Shown one piece after another: positions 40,001 to 53,350 of a DNA stretch of 64,000 bases. Below the pieces are notes generated by a model. The model saw nothing but the letters and a program-made list of their open reading frames with translations. It did no database searches and was not told the origin of the DNA. The position numbers were made by a program, and so were the translations under genes. Within the stretch, counting starts at the first letter, position 1, and every line of letters begins with the position of its first letter. Location: NCBI GenBank assembly GCA_964247055.1, contig OZ176058.1, positions 124,001 through 188,000 on the forward strand, in the 5' to 3' direction. Source of the stretch: Paragordius varius. Taxonomy: Eukaryota; Animalia; Nematomorpha.

Positions 40001-42041
40001 TGAAAGATAAAATCAATAAAAAAATTCTAAATATAAATTTTTAAATCTGTTTTAAATAATTAAATTAAATAAATTTAAAACACAATAAAAAATTAATTTA
40101 AAATAAAAAAATTATTTTTTACCAATCAGGTGTTGAGAACAGCTGTTTAAGTGTCTTTGTGCGATATGCGATAAACCATATGATTCCAACACTTTTATCA
40201 GTTCGGCAAAAAATGATTTATTATTAACATTATTATTATTATTATTATTTAAAGGAGAGATGTTTCGATTATTTTGATTTTTATTGCAAATTTCAGTTAA
40301 ATTTCCTAAAAATAAAAAAAAATTAAAAGAATATTTAATTTTTTTTTATAAAATTTTTTAAATTTTCTCCTTTTTTTAATTTTTTATTTATATTAATTTC
40401 TTATTGCGAATTTCAGTTAAATTTCCTAAAAATAAAAAAAAATTTATAAAAAATATTTTTTTATTTTTTTTAGTTTATAATTTTTTAAATTTTTTTATTT
40501 TTATTTTATTATAGATTAAAATAAAAAAAAATTTAATTTATCGCAAATTTCAGTTAAATTTTTTTATGGAAATTTCAGTTAAATATTCTAAAAAATTTAA
40601 AAAAAAATTATATTTATTTTTTTAGGATTTAAATTCTATTTTTTTAATTATAGTTTTAATTTATTATAAATATATTTCAATTATTTTTATTGGCGATTTC
40701 AGTTAATTTTCTAAAATTTGAAAAAAATAAATTTTTGAAAGAAATATTTTTATTTTTTAATTTTTTGTTTTTTAAATTTATATTATAAATATTATAAAAA
40801 ATACAAATTTATTTTTTTATTGCAAATTTCGATTGAATATAATTTTTAATTAATTATTTTATTAATTTTTTTATTATTTAAAAAAAATATTTTTACAATT
40901 TATATTTTTATTGCGGAATTTAGTTGAATTTGCTAATAATAATTTTTTTTTTAAAAAAAATAATTATTTATTTTTTTATTTTTTTATATTTTACAAAAAT
41001 ATATTTTTTAATTTTTAATTTTTCAAAAAACTATATTAAATTTTATTAAAAAAACTGAAAAAATAATTAAATATATATAAAAAAATCTGAAGAGATTTGT
41101 TTATACAATTTAATTCTTACCGCCAAAGACTTGAAAATAAAAAAATTAAATTAATTAACATTTATTTTTTAAATAAATTTATAAAAATAATAAATACATA
41201 AAATTTATATAATTATTTTTAATAAAATGAATAAAATATAAAATAATAAAGATATAAAATTATTAATCCTTGTTTTTATTTAAATTAAAATATTAATAAT
41301 TTTAAAATTTAATAAATTAATAAATAATTAAAAAAAATGATAATTAAAAAATATAAAAAATATATAAATAATATAAAAAACTTATTTTAATAAAATAAAA
41401 AAAATAAAACAACTAAAATAAATAATAAAATTATAAAAAATCTAAAAAAATTTTTTTTAAAATATAGTTTTATAAAACAAAAAAATTAAAACTTTTAAAA
41501 ATTTAAAAAATTGTGAATTTTTTAAAATATTAATTTTTAGAAAATTTAAATTTTAAATTAATTATAAAAATATAAAAAATAATTTTTTAAAAATTTTAAA
41601 CTTAAAAAAATTACCTGTGCTTTTGAAATTTTTGTGAAAATTTTCAAAATTTTTGGCTTCCGGGGAAATTTCTTGCGGATTTTCATAATTATTTTGGGAT
41701 ATAAAAGCAATAAACTAACAAATATAAAATAAAAATTTTTTATTAAAAAAAATTTATATAAAAATTATTATTTTTTATAAAAAATTAGAAATATTCTAAA
41801 AAAGTATTGGCATAGAAAATATTATTTGATATAATAAAAAAATTAATAAATAAAATAAAATTATTTAAAAAAATTATAAAATAAAACTTAAAAAAAAAAT
41901 TAAAAAAAATTTTTTTAAAACAACTTATAATTTCAAAATAATAAAACCTGATAAAATTAATTTTTATTTTTAAATCAAAAAATTATTTTATTAATAAAAT
42001 AATATATACACTTTTATAATTATGAAAAAAACTATATATAT

Positions 42042-42077
<36 letters not shown>

Positions 42078-43364
42078 AATATATCAACTATATATCAAAA
42101 TATTTTTTCACAAATAATATAAAAATAAAAAATATATTAATTTATAAATATTAAAAAGTTTAATTAAACTATAAATAATATTTTTATAATAATTAATAAA
42201 TTTATATTAATTAATAAATAAATAAAAGTAAAAAAATATTTAAAAAATTAAAAAAAACCTTATTTATAAAAGTAAAAGCATAAGTTAAGATTTCAGAATC
42301 ATTAATAAATTCTCGTTCATCTAAAATCCATACTAATGATTTCAACGGTTTTTCTAAATAAGAAAAAAAATTAAAAAAAAATATAAAATATAATTTTTTT
42401 AAAATATATTTTATATAATTGGGATTGGGAAATTTTATATTTAATTATTTAATGTTTTTAATAAAAAAAACTATTTTACACTTTTTATTTTTTTATATAA
42501 AACAATCTTAACCATATTTTTGATAAATTTGATTATTAATTCATAGAAAATTTTTATGATTTATAAAATTTATAATTTTATTTTTCGTATATATGTATAT
42601 ATATATAATTTTGTAAATAAAACAAATTTTTTATTCAGAAGAAACTGAAATTATACGGACAAAATGTAAAAATATAAAGACAAATATTTTTTTCTAAAAA
42701 CAGCCATACTTTTTAAAACCTTAATTTTCTCATATAAACTATTTAGTTATAATTGTAAAATATATAATTGATAGTGTTAGTATTATCTAGTTTTAAAAAG
42801 TTTTATTTTAAAAAAAAATTTTGGTCTTTATATTTTCATGTTTTGTCTGTATAACTCAATTTTTTCTGAAATATTAACACAATCATAATATTTTACAATT
42901 GTAATTAATTAGTTTATATAGGAAAAATTAAGGTTTTAAAAAGTTTTATTCTAAAAAAAATTTTGGTCTTTATATTATTACCCTTTGTCCATAGTATAAT
43001 TTCAATTTTTTCTATAACTATTTCATTAAGAATTTTATACTTGAATAAAACAATGAGTTAATTTTTAGAAAAAACCTAAAAAACTTCAATCTTTTGAAAA
43101 AAAATTTTTGTTTCCATATTTTTATGTTTGGTCCGTATAATTCCAATTGTATATTTTCAAAACATAAAATTCTCTATATTCCTTGATATATTTTTTTTAT
43201 TTTAATTTTAAACTATTTTTTTTCCATTTTAATCCTATATATACTAATATACATATATATATATATATATATATAATTTATTTATAAAATTGAATAAAAA
43301 ATCATTATAATTTATTTTAAGGGTGAATTCGAATTCAAGTGGAATTTGAACTGTATAGGTATTA

Positions 43365-43399
<35 letters not shown>

Positions 43400-44156
43400 A
43401 TATATATATAAAATTAAAAAAAATTAATAAAAAACTAATATATATATATATATATACAATAAAATTTAATTATAAAAATATATAAAAAATTAAAAATTTA
43501 TATACCAGAATTTGAATTTAAAATAAGGTTGAGCAAAATAGCAATATTTTCTTCGCTGTATTCCACAAAAAGTAATAAAAGTTTTAGGGAAGTCTTTGAG
43601 ACTAGTCGGAACTAAATTTAAAAAAAAAATAAAAAATTTTTAAAATTACATTATTTAATTAATATATCTAAAAAATTAAGCAAATAAAAAAATTGAAAAA
43701 GGATTAATTTAAAAGAAAAATTACTAAAATTATTAATTTAAATATTAGTTTATAATATATATTTAAAAATTAAAAATTAATAAAATTATCAATATAAAAT
43801 ATATATATTATGTTAGAAAATATTAATGATATAAATGGGAAAAAAATTAATCTAAAAAAAGGATTATTGAAAATATCAAAAATTATTTAAAATTACTAAA
43901 ATTTATTTAAAATTACTAAAATTATTAATTTAAAATATAAATTTATATTAGAATCATTAAATATATAGTAAAAAATAGTAAAAAAGATTAAAAATTTAAT
44001 TAAATATATTGAAAATTTATCTAAGAAATATTTAAAAATTACGAAAATTTAATAATTTTAATATATTTTATAGAATCATTAAAGATATATAAATGGCAAA
44101 ATGATTATTTTAAAAAAATTACAAAATATATTCAAAAATAATAAATAAATAAATAA

Positions 44157-44188
<32 letters not shown>

Positions 44189-47100
44189 TATATATATATT
44201 ATATATATATATAATTTGAATTATATTTTTACTAATATTCTTAGACAATCGTAAATATTAAAATATATAAAATTATATTATATTAAGGGAAATAAATTAA
44301 AAAAATATTTAAACAAGTTAAATTTTATAAAAAATATAAATTAATAAAAAATTTTTACATTTTATGAAATTTTCATATATTTTTATGTTAAATAATAATA
44401 ATTATAAATATATTCTTGTTTTTATTATAAAATGTAAAAAAACTTTTTTGAGATCCAAAAATATAAATAAGTTATAAAAATATTTAATAATATATATGTA
44501 TGTATATAAATTAATATATTTATAAAAAATTTATATCTACTATTTACTTTAAATTTATTAAAAAGAGTTATTAAGATTTTAAATAAATAAATAAAATAAA
44601 ATAAATTTAGATATTTATAATTAGAATAATTTTATATTTTTACACAAAAATAATTTAAAAATTAATTTTTTAATTTTTATAAAAAAAAGTTTTATTTTAT
44701 TTTTTATTTTTAAATTATATTAAATATGTATTTTCTTTTTTTTTTCAAATATAAATTATAAAAAAAAATTTATTTTATAAAAATATTTTGTATTTTATGA
44801 TCAAATAAATCTATTAATTTTAAATTAAATATATTTTCTTTTTTCAAATAAAAATTATAAAAATAATTTTTAATTTTTATATTTTCGATTAAAACAATTT
44901 TTAGTATATCAATAAAATTGTAATAAATTATATTTTTTGAGATTTTATATTTTCGATTAAAACAATTCATATTAAATTTATTTTGACAATAAATTTTTAT
45001 TTTTTTTTTTAAAAAAAGCCTAAAATATTTCCAATAAAAATGTAATTTATAATTTATTTAAATTAAATAAAAAAATATATATTTTTATTTTAATTTTAAA
45101 AAAAAATTATAAAAAAATTTTTATTTTAAAAACTAAATTTATTAATCTTTTTAAATTTTATTAAATATTATATTTTTAATTTAATTTTAAAAAAAAAATA
45201 TTAAAAAAATCTTTTTTTTATTTTATTTTTTAAATTTTTTTACCTGTGAATTGACTAGAGAATATAACCAAATTAAAAGATTGGAATCTTGAGAAAGTCC
45301 GCGCATTCCGTCCACAAATAACATTATTTGACCTAAAACTAAAAATTACAATAAAAAATAAAAAATAATTTAAAAAAATTTTATTTAAAATATTTTTTAT
45401 AAAAAATAAAAAATAATTTTATTTAAAAATAAATGAAATAAATGTTTATAATTAGTAAATTAAGAATATTTAAAAAAATTTAATAAATTAATTTTATAAA
45501 AAATTTTATTTAATAATAAATTTATAAAAAAAATTAATTTTTAAATTAATAATATTAAATTAATTATTAAATCATTCACTTTTATAATAAATTAAACTAA
45601 AAATTTATAAAAAAATAAACTTAAAAAAATTAATATAATTAAAATAAAAATTTATAAAAAAAATTAATATAAAAATTTTATAAAATTTAATTAAAAAATA
45701 AATGATTTTATAAAAATCTTATTTTAAAAAAATATATAGAAAATATAAAATATAAGTAATTTGAAATATAAAAAAAATTAAATTAATCTTATAATAAATT
45801 TAATAAAATAATAAAAATTTAACTAAAAAAAATTAAGATATAATTATTATAAAAATTGTTTGAAATTTTAAAAAAAATGATTAAATAAAAAATATTAGTT
45901 TTAAAAAATTAATTTTATGGAAATATTTAAGAAATAAAATATAAAAAACTAAAAAAAAATTAATTAATAAATAACTATATTAAATTTTAAAATTATAAAA
46001 AATTAAAATATAAGTGTTAAAGAAAAAATTATTAAATATAAAGAATTTAAAATAAATTTTATAGAAATATTAAGAAAATTTAATATATAACAAATTTATA
46101 TATAAATAAAAAGTTAATTATTTGAAATATAAAATAATTTAAATTTTTTAATTTGAAAATTTTTAAAAATTAACAAATATAAAGAAAAAATTAATAAAAA
46201 AAAATTTAAATTAATAATGTAAAAAAAATTAAAATAAAATTAATATAAATATTTTATAATTAATTTAAAATAAAAAAAATACAAATCTTAAAAATAAATA
46301 AAAGATAATGAAAAAAACAAATTAATTAAATATAAAAATTAATTTTAAAAAAATATTAAATATTTTTTAAATATATTACAAAATAAAAATAAAAAAAATC
46401 TTAAAAATAACTTCTTAAAATATAATTTTGAATATTTTGATCGCCATTTTTTCCAATAGCCAGCAAAGTAATAAATCCGCCGCCTATGATAAATTCTTGC
46501 ACCAGGTCTTTATCTTCCTGAATATAAAATTTAATTTTTATTAGATATAAATACAGTAAAATTTAAAAAATTAGTTAATTTAAATTATTTAAGTATTTTT
46601 TTATTTTAATTATTTTTTTTTATTATATTATCAAATATTTTTATAAAAATTTTTGTTAATTTACACGAGTTATAATAAATATGTGGCTTTAAAAATTCAT
46701 AAAAATATATTTTTTTTTAACTAAAAAAATATATATTTAAAACTAATGAAAATATTAAATTAAATAAAAAATGCGAATTTCAATAATTAAACTTTTTAAA
46801 CATAAAAAAAATTTTTAACACAAAAAAAATATATAATAAATCCTAAACCAAAAAGAAAAAATGAGATTTTAATATAAATATTTTTGCTAATTTTAAACTA
46901 AATATAATGAATGAAGATTTCCCATATATAAATATTATTATAAAAATATATAAAAATATTTTTTTAACAAAAAACGATAAAATTTATAATAAAATATTAT
47001 TAAAAATTCGCTTTTCAAGCTTATAAATAATTTTTAATTAATTATTAAAATAAATTTAATTAATTTATATATATATATATATATATATTAATTAAATATT

Positions 47101-50100
47101 TGAGATTGTTGGAATATTGTTTTACAGTAAAAATTAAAATTGTACGTACAAAACGTAAAATTATAAAGAAATATATTTTTATATAAAAATAATCATACTT
47201 TTTTCGATATATATATATATATATATATTTAATATTTATAATATTTTATTAATAATTTTTAATAAATAAATTTAAATTAATAATTTAACATAATTTGAAA
47301 AAAATATAAAAATGAAATTATTTTTAGTAAACCTCTAAGAAAATATTTAGAATATTAAAATAAAAAAATTATATATATATATATTATATATATATATTTT
47401 AATAATTATTTCAAAAAAATTGAAAATAATTTAAATTTTTTAAAAAAAAATTAATTTAAAAATTAAATTTTTTTTTAAAAAAATAAAAAATAAATTTTCT
47501 TACTTGAAAAAGTTGTTTTAAGGCAAAAAGGGAATGTCTGAGGGCTCTACCATCGGTATTACTTAATTCTTCTATAAAAAAAAAAAAAATTAAAAATATA
47601 AAATTAAAAAATTTATAAAAATAAAATAAAATAAAATAAAATTATAAAATTATAAAATTATAAAATAATAAATTTTTAAAATTTATAAAATTATAAAATT
47701 TATAAAAATAATAAATTTTTAAAATTTAAAAATAATAAATTTTAAATATTTTTTAAAATTTTAAAAATAAAATAAAATAAAATTATAAAATTCATTTTAA
47801 ATCATTTTAAAAATTAAAAATTTTTTAAAAATAATAAATTAATTTCCATATATTTTTAATAAATTTCTAAAAATAATAAATTTTAATTTTTGAGTCTTTT
47901 TTAATTATTATATATTTTAAAAATAGAATTATAAAAAATATTTAAATCTTTTTTAATTTAAAAATTTAAAATTATATAAAATTTATCTTTTAATTATTAT
48001 GAAAAATTAAAATATATAAAAGTAATAAATTTTAAATTTTTGTTTTTTAGATCTTTTTAAAATTATAAAAATTATATAAAAATATAAATTTTAATTTTTA
48101 TATTTAATAATTTAAACTTATATAAAATTTATCTTTAAATTTTTAAATTTTAGTAAATTAATTTTTTATTTATATTATTATTTTTAGCAAAAATTATAAT
48201 AGAATTATAAAATATTTTAATTAAAATAAAGTAAATAAAAATATTAACAAAAATATTTAAAAATTTATTATTTTCAAAAAAATTTTAATAATAAATTAAT
48301 AATATAAAAACAATTTAAATAATATTTAATTAAAAATTAATAATTTTTAGAGGTGAATTATAAATTAATATAGAAAAATTAAAAATTATTCAAAAACATT
48401 AAATAATATTAATTTTAATTTAATAGTATATATTTTTATGAATAGATATTTAAAAATTAATAAATAAAATAAAATATTTTTTAATAAATTTATATAATGA
48501 TATTAATAATAAAAAAATTAATAGTTAGAAAAATATAAAATAAAAAATTAATTTTAAAAAGAATTTAAAAAATCTTTATAAACTATATTTAAATATAAAA
48601 AATCAAAAAATTTAAAACATTTTTAGAAAAAATTAATATTTGTAAAAAAATATTTAAATTTAAAAAATAAATTAATTAAATAAAATATGTAAAATTATTT
48701 TAATAAATCTTTCTAATATTTTATAATTTTTAAATAAACTTTTTTAGAAAAAAATAAAATTTATACAAATATATTTATAATTTAAAAATAAAAAATAAAT
48801 TAATTAAATAAAATATATAAAATTATTTTAATAAAAATATAAAAATATTAAATAAAATATATAAAATTATTTTAATAAATATTTAAGAAAAAATTAACCT
48901 ATAATACTGTTAACACGAATACTGAGGTTTGTTTTAAGGGCTAAAATCACTTTTGTTCTAAAATATAAAAATAAATAAATATAAAATAAAAATAAAATCC
49001 AAAATATATTTTATAAAAAATATTAATAAAAATATAAAATATGGATATAAAATAAAAATAAAATTAAAAATATATTTTATAAAAAAATATTAATATCAAA
49101 ATTTATATATATTTATATGCTTTAGAAAATTAAAAAGTTAAATAAAATTTTATAATTTTAGAAAAAATTAATATCCGATTTTTTAATTAAAAATAAATTT
49201 TTAATTTTTAAATTTATTAACAAATATTATAACAAAACAATTAAAGAATTATAATAATTATTCTATATTGATTATTTAATTAAATTTTTTAATATATAGA
49301 AATTATTTTTTTATACAAAAAAATAAATATAAAATTTTTATTTAAAATTGAATAATTTTTGTGAAAAATAAAACATTTATAATCTATAAAAAATAATAAT
49401 AAAAATTAAAAATGTTTTTATAAAAAATGGAATTCAAAAACTGACCTAAAAATATTTTAAAAAATTAAACTTAAAAATAAAATAATTTATATTATGTAAA
49501 TTAATAAATTAAAAAAATAAAATCAAAACAAAAATATATATATAACAAAATTAAAAAAAATGCTTTTAATCAATACAAATTAAATATTAATTATGTTTAA
49601 TAAATTAAAATGATAATAAAATTTTAGGTTAAAAATTTAATATTTTTACAAAAAAATGTAAACTAAAATCTAAAAAATATTATTTTCAGAAAAATCAAAT
49701 ATTTTTACTTTGAAACTAATTAAAAAAATTAAATAAAACTAAAAAAATCAAAAATAATTCATATATAATGTAAATTATTAACAAAAATAATTAAAATAAA
49801 AATAAAATAAAAATAAATTATTTTTAGAATAATTCACATATATAAATTAAAAATATAAAATATGGATATAAAATAAAAATAAAATTAATAAATATTTTAA
49901 TAATTTTTTTATAAAAATATTATTTATTCAAAATTTATATATATTTATTTAAATATTTTAGAAAATTAAAAAAATTAAAAAGAAATTTTTAGACACTTGT
50001 AAAAATAATTTCCATCTATAAATAAATTTTTTTATGGTATAAAAATAAAAAGAATAAAATAAAACATTAAAAACTATAAAAAACCTAAAAAAAACAAAGA

Positions 50101-51020
50101 TAATCAACAGAAACTATTATAAATTATTAAAATAACTATTTTTGTTAAAAATTAGTGTAATTATAATTAAATAAAATTAAATTTTTACGCAAAATCATTA
50201 ATTTAAATATTTTAAATTTAATTAAAAAAATTATTTTTATTAACAAAATCAAATATTAAAAATAAATTATTTTTTAAAATAATTTTTTTTAAAAATTAAA
50301 AATTTAAAAATATTTTTTACTCAAAATTATTATTGCTATTATTATCAAATATTTCATCAATTTGTTCTTCTAGACTGGATTCAAGGTCTAAATAATTTCC
50401 AAATTCAACATCTGATTGCACGCCTTCGCGTTCGGTTTCCAAAAAATCAGGTGATCTGGAAGAACAGCTGATTTGGGGGGTAGATGGCGATTTTATCCTT
50501 AAAATTTGTAGGGCCGCGTCACTGGGCTATTCAAAAAAATATATTTAATTTTGTAAATTTTAAATTTTTTATTTTTTATAAAAATTTTTAAATAAATTAC
50601 ATTCATATAAAAATATTTAAATTAATAAATTTAAACAAATAATTTATTTTGGGAAAAATAATTTTAAATTTTTATATTTCAATTTGTTTAAAATTATAAA
50701 AAATTATATAAAAATATTCGTTTTTAAAGAAATTTTTCATATATTCCAAATTATATAATTTTTAAATCTTTTTTTTGGTTGATTTTGGATAAAATAAATT
50801 TTTTTTAGTTTTAAAAATAATAACGTCAAAATAAAAATTATTATTATTTAAAAAATTAAATAAAAATTATTAATTTTTATTTACATTTGCAATGATTTAT
50901 TGTTTAAACCTTGAAATATTTTGCAAAAAATATTAATAAATATCAATTTATAACTTAACTTTTAAAAAATCGATAAATATTAAGTAATAACAAATTTCAA
51001 ATATTTTAATACAGATATTG

Positions 51021-51075
<55 letters not shown>

Positions 51076-53312
51076 CAGTAGCGTATGGCATAAAACATTA
51101 TTAGTCCATATTTTGAAAAAAACAAGCCTATACATATCCAAAATATTCCCTTGTATTTTTGAAAAAAACATTATTTTATGGACTAATATTGTTTTATGCC
51201 ATACGCTACTGTATATATTAAAAATAAAAAAAAGAAATTAAAAAAATACCAATTATTATTTGAAATAAGCAAAAATTAATTGAATTTTGTTTAAAAAATT
51301 TAAATTTTTGCTAAATAATATATTAACTTTTTCATGAAATTTAAAATTAATAAAATTTGTTTATAAAATTTCTAAAAAATTTAAAGATTAGAAAAAAAAT
51401 AAAAAAATATATTATCAAAATTAGCCATATATAAAAAGAACTAAAAAAAGATTTCTTTTATATTATAAAATTCATTACCTTTAAAGAGGCTAACAAATTT
51501 ACAACTTTATTAAATAGCAAAAAAAATTAAAATGAAAAATAAAATATTTAATTCAAAATAAATTATATATATACCATATACAATTCAAATTTACCCTAAA
51601 AATAAATTATTTGTTCTCGAACTAATATAACTCATTATTAATATGAAATATATCTTTATGGCTTAGTTTATTATTTTTTCAGTATTATTTTAATTATAGA
51701 AAAATTTTATTTTTTTAAAATGATAAATATATATATATAGGTAATATTTAATTTTAAAACAATATTTATTTTAAGGTAAATTTGGATTGTTCAAGGGTGA
51801 ATTAAAACTGTAAATGGTATATATATTTTAAGAAACCAAAAAAAACTAAAATATTAAAAAATATTAATGAAATTAATAAAAAAATATTTTCCCCCCTTTA
51901 AAAAGGCAATAATTAAAACTAATTTAAATAAAATATTAAAAAAATATGAAATTTAAAAAAAAATTAAAATAATAAAAACTTTCAAAAAAAAATTAAAATA
52001 AAATAAGAATAAATAGCGAATAAAATTTATATAAGTAATTTAAATTATTAAAATCCAAAAATAAAAATTGCAAAATAAAAAATTAAAAAAATTCTAAAAA
52101 TTACTTTTAAAGGGGCATTCAAAATGAACATAAATAATTTAAATAATATAAATTGATAAAATTAAAAAAAAATTCCAAAATAAAAATTCCAAAATAAAAA
52201 TTCCAAAATAAAATATTTTAGAAATTACTTTTAAAGGGGCATTCAAAAATTTAACCAGGGCTGACATTTGTGAACTGAGCGGGATTTGTGCTAAGAAAGC
52301 ATATTCTTTCGTTTCACGATGATTGAATTTTGGCGAGGTGGCGCTTTTTCCAGAATTAAGATCAGCTGACTAACATGTATAAATAAAAGAACTATAAAGC
52401 CAAAACGTAAAAATATAAATATTTTCCCAAAGAAAGAGTCTTATTTTTAAATTTTAAATAAACTAATTAATAAAAATTTTAAAATTACAGTAAAAATTGA
52501 AAATTATACAAATAAAACGTAAGAATATAAAGGCAAATTTGTTTTTCATCAAAAAATTGCTATATGTTTTCAAACCTTGATATTTCGCCTTATAATATAA
52601 TAAAGATTGTAAAATATATTACCAATATATACAGTAAAAATTGAAATTATACTATGGACAAGCGTAATAATATAAAGACAAAAATATTTTCTAAAAGACA
52701 ACCCCATACTTTTTCAAACCTTAATTTATGTCATTAAAATAATTAAATAACAATCGTATACCAGCTAAATTGCTTTTGTTATCAATTACATCTTTATTTC
52801 CTACTTTATAGTTTATAACAATGAGTTATCATTATATAATTTAGGATATTTAGGATTTAAAAAATATGGTTGGTTGTTTTTTAGAAAAAATAGTCTTTTT
52901 ATTTTTACATTTTGTCCTCCCGTATAATTTCAATTTTTACTGTAAATTTATAAAATAGTTGTCTTTTTACGTTTTTGTATAATAATTGTAACTTTACTGT
53001 AAAAAATCAGGTGTGTGGCAGAATTTTAACACTAAAAAAGTATGGTTTTTGCAAAAAATAATTTCTCTTTAAGTTTTTACGTTTTTTCAATATAATTAAC
53101 TAAAAATTATAATTATACGGACATATATTTATAGACAAAATTTTTTTCATACTTTTTAAATTTAATACAGTAAAAATTGAATTTCAGATAACACGTAAAA
53201 ATATAATAATATTTTTTTCTAAAACACTACCCCATACTTTTTAAATCTAAATTTATCCTCTATAAACTACTTTAAAATTGTAAAATATAAAATATAGAAT
53301 TGATTGTTTAAG

Positions 53313-53350
<38 letters not shown>

